From: Camelus ferus
Taxonomy: Eukaryota
DNA: 64,000 nt
Assembly (NCBI RefSeq): GCF_009834535.1
Contig: NC_045696.1
Span: 60,390,001-60,454,000 of the forward strand
Direction: 5' to 3'
Each line of letters starts with the position of its first letter. Within the stretch, counting starts at the first letter, position 1. Shown here piece by piece: positions 1-13,800 of the stretch. The position numbers and the translations under genes were made by a program. The notes below the pieces were generated by a model that had not been told where the DNA came from, made no database searches, and saw only the letters and a list, made by a program, of their open reading frames with translations.

Positions 1-78
1 TACCAACACCGCAGCCACTGCCGCCACAACCACCACCACCACCACCACACACACTTCTCTAGAGAGGGGAGAGGGACT
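1..78 (+). repeat. (CAC)n/(CA)n/(GA)n simple repeats
   Basis: Directly visible in the sequence. Confidence 0.8.
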
Positions 79-690
79 AGAAATGGAGTTAATAATTGAT
101 CACGTGTGATGAAGCCTCCATAAAACTCCCAAAAAGTATGGGGTTTGGAAAGCTTCCAGGTAAGTGAACATATCCAGGTACCAGGAGGGTGATACACCCC
201 AACTCAACAGGGACAGAAGCTCCTGCTCTTGGGACCCTCACAGATTTTGCTCTACATAACTCTTCATCTGGCTGTTCATCTATACCTTTTATCATGTGCT
301 TTAATAAGCTAGTAAATATAAGCAGGTGTTTCCCCAAGTTCTGTGAGCTGCTCTAGCAAATTAATCAAATCTAAGGAGGGGGACATGGGAACCCCTGATT
401 CACAGCCAATCTGTCAGAAGCACAGGTGACCACCTGGACTTGTGACTTGCATCCAAAATGAGTGGGGGCAGCCTTATGGGACTGAGCCTTTAACCTGTGG
501 GATCTGATGCTATCTCCAGCTACATGGTGTCAGAACTGAGTTAAATTGTAGGACACTCAGCTGGTATCACAGAATTTTGTGGTGTGAGGATAAACCACAC
601 ATCTGGTGACCAGAAGAGTCAGAAGTGAGGTGTTTGGTGTGGAAGTAAGGGGAAAGTTGAGAAGAGAACTGTAGGTTTTTACACCTCCCT
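60..690 (+). mobile_element. Solo LTR, MER21-like
   Basis: Resembles the recalled MER21 consensus (gatgaagcctccataaaa...acagaagctcctgctcttgggaccct...gggactgagcctttaacctgtgggatctga). Confidence 0.75.
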
Positions 691-1062
691 CTCCCTCTCT
701 GGGGGGCACCAGATGAGTGGGAGGATCCCAGGGAAGCTGGAGAGGGTCCTACACTGGGGGCAAACTTGCCATCCATCTGCTCTCTCTGACCTGCCTCTAG
801 TCCCTCCCACAATGTGCCCTGACTTCTGTGCTCATATTTCTGTAGTTAAACCCATGGTGAGGCCTCTGTCTGAGACCCCAGTTCTCAGGATTCTCATTTA
901 AAATGCAACACTAGTTACTCAACATGCTTGGTCATGCATCATGCTTCTGGAGCATTTGTGCTTCAGGAATCCGTCAACTGTACCATGGAATGCCCAAGGG
1001 TGACAGAGCTTTCCCCATCACAGGCCCCCAGGAGGCTCCAGGGCCACCAGCCCATCACTCAC

Positions 1063-1209
1063 CACCAGCCAGCCTGTCCTCAAGAAGAGAACCACCCCAA
1101 AAATGTTGATCATGCAGGACGTGAACACACCATCCCAGGTCCCGAACAGCACTGGCTCCCACATGAACAGCTGGATCTTCCACCAGGGCTGGGGCTGGGC
1201 CAGGGCCTC
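1063..1209 (-). CDS. SLC12A8: SLC12A8 internal coding exon (147 nt, phase 0/0): [49 protein letters not shown]
   Basis: The translation matches the SLC12A8 N-terminus/TM1 ([23 protein letters not shown]). Acceptor ctgttttccag at 1220-1210; donor GTG|gtgagt at 1062-1057. The gene continues beyond the left edge of the window. Confidence 0.97.
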
Positions 1210-1369
1210 CTGGAAAACAGGGCACATGGAAGTCAGCTCAGCAGCCATGGGAAGGGCCAGTGACAGGGGGCACCGGGAGCTGGGAGAACTCAGCTGTAAA
1301 ACACTCTCGTCTCACTGTGCCCACAGGCCTGTGCACACACTGATTCCCATGCCCGTGTGCAGCGCAGAC

Positions 1370-1727
1370 TAGTTGTTCGGCCCACTCGGTCCCTTTCCTC
1401 CTGGCCCCTTGGAGACTACATTTCCCAGCATCTTTACAGGTGGGCGTGGCCACATGACTGAGGTCCGGCCCCTGGATCGTGGGTGAGAGTGAGATGCTGG
1501 GCTCCAGCTCCGTGGCCATGCGCTCTGCCATCTTGCCTTTCAGTCTTCTGGTCCTGGTGGGAACAGCAGCTTCCAACAGTTACTGATCTTTGGGAAACCT
1601 TCCTTTACTTAGCTGTTTGCTCCCCTGGCCCTTCTAACACTTCTGTAAGGAATTCTGTGCACTGAATTCCCTCTGTTTAAAATACCTAGGGCAGTTTCCA
1701 TTTTCCTCATGGAACCCTGGCTGATAG
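1370..1727 (+). mobile_element. ERVL solo LTR, LTR33/LTR16-like
   Basis: actacatttcccagcat...ggccacatgactgag near the 5' end and ttccctctgtttaaaatacctag...tttcctc...gaaccctggctgata at the 3' end. Confidence 0.65.
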
Positions 1728-3749
1728 GGTGACCCCTAGCACCCTTACATCCATACCCCAGTATCCCCATGCATCATCTGGCGGTTGCCTAGAATTAAAG
1801 GCTAATAAGTGATGACACAGATGCCTTCCTCATTCTTCCAATTCAAAATAATAAAGGCACTTACAGAACACTCATACAGAAACTCTTTACTAAGAAGACT
1901 TAACCTTGTGGAAATACTAAAGTACTAAACTTAAAAGAAGTACCACCCATCTGGAACCTGCTCCTGCACAGGTTTAGTAACTGATCAAAATTCAGACATC
2001 ACTCAAGTCTCCCAATGGCCTCAAACCATCTCAGCAGTGATTAACGATTGTCACCTGGGGGTCGGGGAGGGTGGCAGCCAGCTAAGACCCACTGTGTGCA
2101 GTAAGGCTAGTTGCTGCGTGGATGTAATCTATAACCTCAGTGAGAAGGCAGAAAAGTCAAGGGACAGGGGAAATCTAAGTCCAGAGTCAGGGGCAGGGCT
2201 CTGCAACAGCTGAGAACAGTGGATGTGCCCATGATCTAGGACCAAGGCCAGAGGCCAACTATACTCTGTCAAAACCAAAAGAGAGGATGCCAGCTTCTCC
2301 CCTTGTATTACCTACCCACAGACAAAAAAAGAGCTTCAAGAAGTCATCAGGGACATTAATGAAGCCATGCGGGACAGGTGGGCTGGGGGATTCCTTGGAG
2401 CCCCTGTCCATCCCTGATGCCAGCTGGACCCCCTTTCATCTGAGTATATTTCTGTTCATCTGTCTTTCACAAACCACTAATGAGGAACCTGAAAGTCAAC
2501 AAACGTGAGAACAGTGATCATGTCTCAGAGTGAAGTCTTTGCCAACCTATGCTTGTCCTTGAACAAACGGTACTGAGAGACGTTGTGGTGAATGTAAGAT
2601 TGTTTCCAGGATCCTAATCTCAAAACTCAGGACCTGGCCCAACTTCCTGTCTCTGCCTGTGCTCACTTCCTACCATGGCTTGTTACAGGCCCATTATTTA
2701 TTAGAAACAGTCATAACAATAGCAACTATCAGCAGCAACGAGTAATAATTTAGAGAGTGCTTTCAGCTTCCACATCAGTTCCCTCCTTTGATGCTCACAT
2801 CACCCTGGGGAGGCAGGCAGGGAGAAGGGCCCTGTTTACCGCAGAGGAAAGAGAGCCCGGAAGGAGAGACACGTTCGCCCTAGGTCCACGGTTGGGGTTT
2901 GAATTCCCCCATCCAGACTGTAAAACCTGCACCACAGATTAGTTGCCCTTTTCTCTTCTAAATTTCAATCTTTCAGGCTCAGTTTCTAACATCTTGGACT
3001 TCACGTAGTTGTTAGTGCGTCTGCTTTACCCTGAAAACTCCTCTTTCATCCCAGCCTTTGTATTTCCACTGAAAAGGCTGTTTTGTTTATTTATTTATTT
3101 ACCTAATGGTGCATGCAAAGCCTTTCACTCCCTGGACCTCACTGGACTAAATCAGCCTTAAATGCTCCATAGATGAAGACACTTTACCCTGAGAATGAAG
3201 GTATAAGTGGTTTGAAACAGGTTTGGTGACTGCGTCATAACAGCTTATTTCAGGATGTTTAAAGGAGTGTGCCTCCCTTTCCTTACTAAGTGACAAAAGA
3301 ACACAGCTAAGGCTTCCCAGAGCCTGCTCATCTGACACTGGCAGGAAGAGCTTGAGTTTGACCCAAGGTTGGGGCCTTGATGTTTCTAGCGAGACAGACA
3401 TAAGCCAGTTAGAGAAAAGGAGGAAGGAACAAAAGCACCGAGCAAGGGGAAGAGGACGAGACAGGGAACCCTGGAATAAAATGCCAAACAGATGCCACTG
3501 AGATCCCAAGGGATCATTCCTGGCTCCCTGCAGACAGCCTGCCTCTGGGCATCAGCACAGAAGCACCAGCCTGGGGGCCTGTCCTTCTCCCCTCTCCCTA
3601 GTCCACCACACCCTCCCGCCTCCCCACTTACAGGAAGCCCCCAGCCTTTTGCACTGCGCCAGTGGTGACCCTGTAGCAGAGTACTGGCCAGACAGCTCAA
3701 ACCAGCTGCCTTGCACAAGTGACTACTTGGTCCATGGCTGCTGCAGTTC

Positions 3750-4425
3750 TGACACCGCTTCCAGTGTGCGGCGGTTTTCCTGACACCAAGCAATTCTCTG
3801 ACACCAACTGGGTGTCCTACAATTCAACTCAACCCTGACACTATCTACCCAGAGACAGTGTCAGATCCTGCACTCAAGGGCTCAGTCCTACCAAACTGCC
3901 CCTCAGACTCCAATCACAAGACTTTGGCTTCTGACCCACGGTCTATTGATTGGAGGTTCCAGTGACCCCCCCTCCTTGGGTTCAATTAATTTGCCAAACT
4001 GGCTCACAGAACTCAGGAACATTTTACTTCCATGCCGTCTCCCAGCCGGCATTCTCCCTTCATCTCCATGTGTTCACCAACCCAGACGCTCTTCAAACCC
4101 CCTTTTTGGGGTTTTTATGGATGCTTCATAGGCACAATTAATTAAATCACTGGTCACTGGTGACTGATTTAGCCTCCAGCCTCTCTCCCCTCCCTTAAAG
4201 ATTCCAACCCTCTTATCACATGGTTAGTTCTCCTACAACCAGCCTCCATCCTTAGGTGATTCCAAAAGTTAATAAGAAACCCAGTTGTGGTTGAAAGGCA
4301 TTTGTTATGAATATCAAGACACCTTATCACTTATCACTTAGGAAATTCCAAGGGTTTTAGGAGCTCTGTGCCAGGAACGGGATGAAAACCAGATATACAC
4401 TTATTACAAATCACAGTATCACAAC
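3750..4425 (-). mobile_element. Solo LTR, MER21-like, inverted relative to the 60-690 copy
   Basis: The reverse complement of ~3790-3900 aligns directly with ~465-575 (taggactgagccctt...ggatctga...gtgtcag...gagtt.aattgtaggacac.cag.tggt.tca.agaatt). Confidence 0.78.
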
Positions 4426-6329
4426 TGGCTACTCCCCAGCTCTGCTCTCTGTCAATCCCCCAGACAGGGCACCATAAACATCCTCAAGGGGCAGGTTCCT
4501 CTCTTTCCTGAGGACCTCAGCTTGGCAGGAACAACTTGGCAGGTTCTGGGGCACAGTGACTTGGAGCCTGGCCCCAGGCAATGACACCTGTGTGCTGCTC
4601 AATCCCCACCTCCCAGAACAAGGAGCCAGGCTCGGGTCCCTCAGAGCCCAGGGCTGCACCCCACACTGGACACGCCATGGCCACCTGTGGGTGTTTTAGT
4701 TCAGAGACAGCAGTCATTCTCCGTGCTTGAGCAGGGTTCCTAGAAAGGCAGGGTGATCACACCTGAAACAGTCCAGAGTGGGAAACTCTTGGCTTCCTGT
4801 GTCCAGCAGGCTGAGCTGAGTAAGACAGTGAACAGCCCTGCCACGGGAGCTCAAAACAAAAAGCTCTGCCTTTTGTCTCAAACAGGCACCTCCCGCAGGC
4901 CACCCGCCAGCCCTTAGTGAACACATCTGAAATGTGAGACAATGCCTTTTCTCTCTTCTGGCAGCTGGAGGAAAAGACACTGGGTGAGAAACTCCACTTC
5001 TGCTCAGTCGGGTCAGGAGTGGGTCAAAGCAAGACGCGGCCTGCCCCTTCCTCCCAGACGGAGACTGGCTGTGCCTGGAGAATGCGCACATGCGCCAGCG
5101 GCTTGCTTTCCGAAAGCTAATTAATCACACATCAGAGAACAGCCCAGGTGCTGCTCAGCTGTGACCCAGGGCCAGAGCAGGCGCTGCGATCCTCTCCTCT
5201 GGCTCTGAACGGGCACCACAAGCTGGAGCTGAGCAGGGGGCCACCAGTGCCACCTGCATCCGACGCAGACAGCTACAGGCCTGCCTCCAGGGGGGATGCC
5301 CCGTTTAGATGAGATGATAACCTGAAAGCTTGTTGTAAGCATGGAGCACATTGGGCAGTTTTAAATGTGGGTGAGGATTTCTTCATGGAAATTGGGAGGA
5401 AAGGAAAGAAAAGAGGTCTTATTGACTGTGCATTTTCTATTTGCCTGGCTAACTCGTCCTCACATTCCAGGTGAGTCCTTGCTCTACAGCTCGGTCCCGA
5501 GAGCTGCCTCCCAGCCCCTGCCCAGTCCCAGCCTCGAGGCGGCCGGCTGCCCCTTCTGTATTGTACTAGGAGGCCGAGCGTGGGCACCCCATGAGTGCTC
5601 GGCCACCCCAGCTGAAGCTGGTCATGGAAACCGCACTACAGCAGAAGAGGTGAGGACCCGTGTGGAGTGGGCAAAGTCTGATTTCCCTGGAATCGAATCT
5701 GGGCAGCACCCTTGGTCAATATTGATTTAGCCATTCCTAGAAATGTGAGATCTTCATAGCTGTGTGGATCGCTTCTGCACAGAATGAGTTCGAGAGCCAG
5801 TGTCTACGTCACAGCAGTTCCCACACACTTGATTGGTGGCTTTTCCATCTCATGTGTCCTAATCCTGATCCAAGGCTGGGAATCTCCCAAGGCACAACCT
5901 GGTCTGACAACCACACAGGCCTAGGAGTGGCAAGACCCTCAGACACTATGAAAATGTGATGTTGCTGGGAGTCCCTGTTTGAGTTCTACCTCCCAGAATC
6001 ACACAGATACTCATTCCCCCAGAGCAGCCACTTCTGCCCTCAGAACACACAGCCCAAAGATAAAACACTCTGGACACCTGGCACATCTCACAGATCACAA
6101 ATTCCCGTAGCCTGTGGCCACCTAAACAAGAGCTTCCCCTGCCCTTCCCAGCCTCCTTGGCAAAAGGACAGAGACTTTCCTGCAGGACTGAGGCTGCCAC
6201 TAAAAATTCTACCTCAGTTTAATGCCAGGAGGAGAAACGCAGACCCTAATGCCCTCCCCCAATAACAGGCAAACCAGCTAAAAATCAACTTCAAAAGATT
6301 TATTCTTCCAGATGCTCCGGTGGATCAGA

Positions 6330-8215
6330 CAGTATTATACCCATTTAAGAACTCTTATGTACTGACTAGTTTTCACTTTGGGAATCACATTAATGTTTTA
6401 CATGCTCAAAATTAAACAAAATCAAATACAGTCAACAAGATGAGAGAGAAAAATTAAATGCAAAGAGAAACAAATTAACCTAATTGTATTTCTAATGAAT
6501 AACATAATCACACTGAAGGTGGAAAAAAAGCTGAGCTGAGTAACTTTTGAACATAGTACTTTGACTATTGCTCTCAGTCTAAAGATAAAAAACTACAAAC
6601 TAATAAATATTCTAGATAGAAAGTTTGCTTTGCAGGTGTAGGAGTTACCACTTCTGAATCTACTTTCCGTGAACTGTAGGACTGAGTAAATAAATATATT
6701 GATTGGGAGTCAAGCTTCTCACTGTTGGAAAAGGGAGTTACAACTAAGGAAAAAAGAAAGAACAGAATTCTTTCTTCTAACCCTGGAGTGATAAATTTGC
6801 ATTAGAGGTATTAGTTTGAATTTAATATATAAAGTTATAGAGCTAGATAAATATAAATATACATATTCCTTCTCTCTGTCCACTTACAGGGTCTATAAGC
6901 CAAGACACCCCGGTAGTAATGAACATACCTAACACCCAAATCTTGGTCTCTAAATACCATTTCTCACTCTAAGGAGCCAGAGCTCTTTGGAGAAATGGCT
7001 GATTCAGGGCTGGGACAGAGAAAGTACAAGATAAGCCTAGAATGTGCCAAAAAGTAAGTCTGTGCCCCTACAAATGATGAGGGTGTGTCATAAGGACATA
7101 GGAGCCAGCTTGAAGAGGCCCACTCTAGAACAGTTTGAGCATCAAAATCAATAATAATAGCATTAGAATACTCACGGAAAAAATAAGAATCTGAGCCCAT
7201 ACAGATATAAGTAAACGAATAAATTAAAATAAGCGGAAAGAGGGGAAATCCTTCTTCAGAGTAGAAGACCAACTAATGTACGTAGAAGAAATAATGGTGT
7301 TAGAAGATCACCGTTTTGCAGTCATCACAGCAATAACTGATTCTGCCAAGAGTCATCAATGGATGCTAAAGCTAGTGGGTAAAAGATGAGGAACAGGATA
7401 TTTCCCTAGTCTCAAAATACCCCCCTCAAATTATTTATTAATTACAAAGGGAAAATTAGTAACTTTAGAGTGGACTACTCTAGTGGGCACCACCTTAAGT
7501 AAGTAACCAAAGTTAACATTACTAATAATGGGACGAGTGAAAAAACTGTACTTCCTGATACAATGCCTGGGAAAAAACACAATTATCATCCTATGGGCTC
7601 CTGCCAAAAATGCAAAACCCAAATCTAATCACGAGGCATCATGTTCCAAACTGAGCGACATTCTACAAAATAACTGGCCCGTGTTCTGCGAAAAATGTCA
7701 AGGTCACGAAAGACAAAGAAAGGCTAAGGAACTGTTCCAGATTAAATGAGACTAAAGAGGCGTGACAACTAAATGCACTGTATTGATGCTGGACTGGACC
7801 CTGGGCTGCGGGAGAAAGCTATAGGATAGTAGCGGGATAACTGGCAAATGTGGAATGTGAACCTGGATGAGATAATAGGATTCATCAATGTTCCATGTGT
7901 CGCTCTTGATAAATATGCTGTGGCTAGATAAAAGTCCTGTTCTTAGGAAGCAGACACTGAAGTATTTATGGGTAAGGGGACGTGATGTCTACAAATTACT
8001 TTCAAATGGTTTGGGAAACTGTATACAGAATATAATACGTATTAAATCTATGGAATAGAAAGGGAGAGAGCACATGCACAGATAATGAAGCAGAAGGAGA
8101 AAATGTTAGCTGGTAAATCTGAGTCAAATATATGAGGGTTCTTTGTACTACTGCAACTTTCTCTAAGTGTGAAATGCTATCAAAATTTCAAAAGTTTAAA
8201 AATAAATACATAATG
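6330..8215 (+). mobile_element. Ancient L1 3' region (L1MC/L1MD-like)
   Basis: Typical L1MC 3'-UTR motifs (aaatcttggtctctaaataccatt...ggagaaatggctgattc...ttctttgtactactgcaactttctctaagt) and an A-rich end. Confidence 0.7.
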
Positions 8216-8880
8216 ACTGCAATAAAAGCAATTAAAAAAATAGCCCAGACATATTTTTAAAATAGCTCACTCACTCTTGTATCCCTAGTGCCCAATATGG
8301 AACAGGTACTTACTAAATGTGTTGGTTGAACGAATGAGTGAATGAATAAAATGTGCTTTAGAAAGTGACATTAGACACCTGTTTTAAGGTAGCAGACAGA
8401 ATATTCACTTTCCTATCTTCCAAATGGCCATGAAAAGGACAGGCAAGATGTAATTTTTTAAGTATGAAACTATAACTTTAACTAGAAAAGGAAAAAAACA
8501 AGTGCTACCAGAAGATCAGACATTTGGAGACATTCCTGCAGATGGACTTGAAGGGGCAAAAAAAAAAAAAAAAAGTGACAGAGCAGCCCAGGGCAGCCAA
8601 GAGCAGAGAAGTCTTCTAAGACTCCTGAGAAGTTCCAAGTTCAGAGTGAGCCAATGCTAGGAGCAGACATGGGCCAGGGCACTCACTGGGCATAACCTTA
8701 TCCTGGAGGCTTTATGGAGATGGAAGTAAGACACATGGCATTTATAGCATAAAAGACTGGAGGGCAGAGCCAGTAAATGGCCCTATATGATTGCCAGGTT
8801 CCTACATTTTACATTAAAGTGGTACAGTATTAACTCTAAATCAACTGTGAAAATTTTTAATGTATATTTAATCCCTAGAG

Positions 8881-9270
8881 CAGCCATTCTCAAACTTTTT
8901 GAACTCCAGACCCATTTACATCCTTAAAAATTATTGAGGACCCCAAAGAACTTCTGTTTATGTGTGTTGTAACTATCAATACTTACCATACTAGAAATTT
9001 AAAGGGAAATATTTAAAAATATTTATTAATCAAACATAATAATAAGCCCATTATCTGTTAAAATAAGTAACATGTGTGCATGAAAAATAGCTACTTTCCC
9101 AAACAAAAACGTTTAGTGAAAAGAGAGCCTTGTTATACAATTTGCAAATCATTTTAATGTCTGGCCTGATAGAAGACAGCTGGATTCTCATATCTACTTC
9201 TGCATCCAATCTGTTGTAAAATGTTGTTTCTGAAGTATATGAAAACAATCTGGCCTCCCCTCCTTCTATA
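8881..9270. mobile_element. hAT-Charlie DNA transposon end (Charlie1-like)
   Basis: cagccattctcaaactttttg...ccttaaaaattattgaggaccccaaagaac matches the recalled Charlie1 terminus. Confidence 0.7.
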
Positions 9271-10740
9271 GTTAGACAAGGGAAGAGTAATCCATATATG
9301 AAAAAAATTCTTGCGACTCAAAAGATAAGAGAATCGTACCCCCCCCCCAAAAAGTGACATGGAATATAAGAAACAACAGTAGCTGTGTATGAACCGAAAG
9401 AATTAAAGGAAACTTGAAGCCACAAAGTTTTAATAACTTATAATTGTATTTTCTTCTCAATGAGCCTCAGTTAAACACACATATATGCATCTTACTCCTA
9501 TAAATGCTATTTATAGATTCAAAATTTTTATTAACCAACTATAATAAATACGGAAATGTTCATTACAATTACAGAAAAATAAATTTTATAAACCTTGACA
9601 ATGGAAAAATAACCCAACTAACAAGAAATTAGAAATGAAATGAGAAATGGAAGAAACAGTAAATGCGCCAATGCCCTCTTTCTTCACATCAGGAAGCAAT
9701 AAGTAAACTGATAATAAATTGAGAACTTAGTCAAGAAATAGAGGTATAAATAAATTATTTAAAGTTACACTGATAATCACTTGGGAAAATGAAAACCAGA
9801 AACCATTAGCAACTGTCGCTGGGGAATGGCGGCAAAGGAAGAGAGGAAGAAGGCTTTTAATTTTATATCGTTTTCTACTGTTTAAAAAAATTTTTTTCAC
9901 TGCATGCATGTAGTAATTCTCTGATAAAAATACTAACTTATTTTTTTGTTTAAAGAAAAATTTATTACATAATTAGAAATATTTGAAAAATAAAATGCTG
10001 ACTTCGAGTTAGTCCTTAATTTATAACTCAACTTCATTTTATGCAGTGGATGAATTCACCAAACAATGCCTGTGATTTGAATCACATGTTTTAAAATGTA
10101 TTGGATATACAGTCTACTTAAAAATAGTGAAGAAACCTTTGGTAAAATTAATGTCCATAAAATTTGTGTGTTTTTTTAATTAGAATTTGCTTTTGCTATG
10201 TGTTGTTCTTTGCTGATAATTGCCTAATATAAAAAAGGAAAGTTACTAAAAATGAGTTACAGCTTTCTTTTTTAAGTTTTGCAAACACTGGGATTTGCAA
10301 TAGAGCAAATTTATCACCTGGATCAGACATACCTAGTTTTGGTGAAGTGAGGGCTGCAAGGCCACCATGGCTCAAGTTCATCAGTAAGCACCTGAGTCCT
10401 GTAACTGCTGACAGGGACTGTGGGTGTGACTTACAAGCTATCTGCAGATTGGAAAAAGAATGTCACAGAATTTTTTACACAGATCAGTGGTTTTTAACTC
10501 CACGATATTTTCTCTTTCTTTATAACCGTTCATGTAAAGAAAAAAACACTCACACACCAAAACAAAAACAAATGAAAGGTACTTTCCTCCTGAGGCAGAG
10601 TAATGACAACAATGTCCTACTAGATAGGTACCCAAGCCAGAACTGGTACTGACTCTGAAGACCGCTCATGCCAAGCTGTTCTGAAGCACACCACCCTCAC
10701 TACCTCCACCGCCAGCCTTGTTTTTTTCTGTATATATGTA

Positions 10741-10791
10741 TTTTTTATTGCAGTATAGTCAGTTTACAATGTTGTGCCAATTTCTGATGTA
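10741..10791 (-). mobile_element. Extremely 5'-truncated L1 tail (~50 nt)
   Basis: The reverse complement aaattggcacaacattgtaaactgactatactgcaataaaaaa closely matches the 3' end of the large L1 at 17897-17944. Confidence 0.7.
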
Positions 10792-11314
10792 ACACAGTCT
10801 TTTGATTACAGTACTTAACTCAGAAGGAAAGAAAAAAAAATTTTTTAATCAGATTACATTATACTTGATCACAATTAAAGAGCAAAAAAATACTGAATTA
10901 TACTCAGGTATGCGTATTTCTTTAAATTTTCCTACAATTATTTGATATTGTTCTATGATTATAGATCTATCTGGTGTTTAAACTATTATCCTGAAGAGAT
11001 ATATTTTGGTCAGAGAAAGTACAAAATGAATGAAAAAACAAACTGAAACTCAGTTATCCACCCCTATGGGAAGCCAGATTGTTCCATCAGGCCAGACCAG
11101 AGTGGCTCCTTACTCAAATTACAAGAATAGTACTTCAGAGTCATCAGCATAGCCACCTAGGATTCTCCTTGCAAACCCCAAACTATTAAACAATGGCAAG
11201 AGCTGCATTTTTTCTACACCTGGCCATGGATGAAATGTACCCTAAGGCTCCCAGGTTCCAGGACCGTAATCTCTTTTTTTCTGACACCTCCAGAAGGTGG
11301 TTCTATCCAGGTAC

Positions 11315-11480
11315 CACTGGTGTTTCACAGTGAAGCTAATTCTTAAGCCTGAACACCTTTCACTTGCATTGAGCCCCTCCCAAAGATTACAACTAATTTT
11401 GTATTTGTAATTTGTACCCTTTTTACCAAAGAGAAGCCCTAAGAGTTGTACAAGCTTTCTGCTCTACAGAAACTGGGAGG
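11315..11480. mobile_element. MER53-like non-autonomous DNA element
   Basis: gtgaagctaat...cacttgca...taattttgtatttgtaatt...aaagagaagccc...ttgtacaagctt pattern. Confidence 0.55.
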
Positions 11481-12984
11481 GAAATAGGAGACATGGCTCC
11501 AGGAACTCTAGATGTGAGCCCGTCTCTTCCACCCCACCCCTCTGGACCCCAGTTTCCTTATCCTTAAGAGGGGCTAACAAGATGGTCTTGTCCTAGGTTC
11601 TCTTTCCTTTTCTCCTCAGGTGCATTCATTTCTCTATATTCTAACAAAGCAATATGCTGTTATCTAGCGTGGGGCTGCCAAGGCTCACTGTACATATTGC
11701 CTTTTAAAAGATGCTAAAACAGGCCTGAAAAAAAATGCATAGCAAAAAAACAAGTTGGCTCGTAATTGTACACTGGCTAATGAGGACACAGAAAATAAGA
11801 GCAAAGCTTTCACGATGAAGCCTGGCCCCAGTGCTGAAAATTATATTATAACCAAAAGATTGGATGCATTAAATCAACCTAGAGCTATATTATGGGGTCA
11901 TGGGCTCATGGGTTCGTTCCTGCCTGGCTGGGAAACACCATTTGCATCTGTCTTTGGGCAAGTCATTCTAACTCTCTGGGCTTGTTTATTTTGACAAGCT
12001 AAGCATGAGGACAGGGCCAGATCTTTAAGGATCCCTCTGTCTCTTAACACGTTTGCTTCCTTCTGTCTCTCTTGCTGGTGCTACCACATGCTCACCAGTG
12101 CCCCACAACTCGACCAGACTCTCTTTCTTACCCTTACTATGCCAAGCGAACCTAGGTAAGATACTGAATGGAGGAGGAGACAGGGAGAGAGCAAAGGAGA
12201 GGACAGAGAAGGGAAAGAGGGCAGGAAGTCTGGCAGTGCTGGGTCGTGGTGCAGGATCAGAGGCGGCTCGCACCGGGGCTCACATGTGGGCCGGATGCTG
12301 CGGCTCCGGTGGGCACCTCTTCCCTGGCTCTGCAGCGGGGTTTTTTCTCAGTGATTAGCTCAGACCAGCCAGACTTTAGCCCCCAGACTTCCTAGGAAAG
12401 AGTCCTCACAGACCCACTCCTGCTGGAGCTCAAGCCTCCAGCTGGATGAAGAAGAAGGAATATAAGTTCCTCGCACAAGCTAACCTGTGGCTGTTGGTGA
12501 CCCGTTCTCAGGCCAGGGCATGACACAGCTTCCCTTTAAGTTTCTCTGGAGAGCATCCAACTCTTGGAGAAGGAGGGCTGCTCATCAGATTAGTTGCAGC
12601 TATCCCTTATTCCACAGAAATTAAGAGATTTCTGTTTTGGTATCTCCAGCACTAGCTGGAGATCCCGACAAGAAGAGCACTTGGTAAACAGCAGGTAAGC
12701 TGAGCTGCATATGCCCCTTGCTGAGAGCACTGGACCCCGCTGGACTTCAGCCCTCACACACTTGCCATCTCTCCCTGTCTCCGAGACTCGTTTTCTCCCG
12801 CCACTTCCTCTTCCTGACACACTGTGTCTGTTAGAGTCCTCTCTATCCCGTGATTGGTGGACACAAGCATGGACTCCAAGGCTGTTAGCCTCCCTCTGGC
12901 ACCAGCTGCTCCTTAGCTTTCCAGCTCCATGTTTCACAAATAGCCTCCTCGACCGGGTTTCAATGTGAAATGCGCTTCATCCAA

Positions 12985-13800
12985 TCACCAAACACGCCCT
13001 GTATTTAGTGCTCACCATGTGACAGGCACTGGGCCAGATCCTTCTGCATATGGCATAAGAACCCTGAAAATCAGGTACATTCACTCCATCTAGCAGTTGT
13101 GGAAACAGACCACAAGCCCTTGAGTAACTTGCCCAAGGGCTCAGCCCATCTAGTGGCACAGTCAGAATTTGGAACCCAGATTCCCAGGGTCAAGTCCACC
13201 ACCAAACTACACCTCACATCAATGACGCGCCTGGGAACAGAGGATCATCAAACAAGATTCACACCTCCACAAGTTCAGTAGGTCCTCAAATACATGCACA
13301 AGCACATGCACATGCACACGCACATGCACACACACACTCCCAAACCACTCCAGACCCATCTAGGCCTAGAAAGCACCCCATCTTCCTCAGTGAACTGCCC
13401 ACCCCACAGAATGTCCACACTCTGGATTTGACCAATGGAATCATTCTGGATTTGGGACACCTGCCTTAGGTCATCTAACTGCCTTTGCTGTGCTGAGTCA
13501 AGCATCTATTTGCCAACTGAACCCTCTGATCATTCATATCCCTACCTCATGGACCAAATACATACTCTGCACCTTAGCTTTATTATTAGCCAACATGTAC
13601 AGAATGCTTACTATGAACCAAGCACTGTACTGAATGTTTACATGAATCATCTCTGTCAACCTTCATAATTCTCTAGGGTGGGTTCTATTACTGTATCCCC
13701 TTTACAGGTGAGGATACAAAGGCTTAGCCAGGTTAAGTAACTTGCCCCAAGTCACAAAGGGACAGAGCCACTACTTGAACCCTGGCAGCACCATTAACCC
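12985..13800 (-). mobile_element. Two MIR SINE relics (~12985-13200 and ~13580-13800) flanking a (CACATG)n/(CA)n repeat at ~13291-13337
   Basis: MIR core motifs (ttacaggtgaggatacaaagg...ttaagtaacttgcccca; gaatttggaacccag). Confidence 0.65.

Noticed and set aside
13141..13160. CTCF-like CCACTAGATGG motif
   Set aside because: It mismatches the 3' core and lies within a MIR relic; unsupported without ChIP data.
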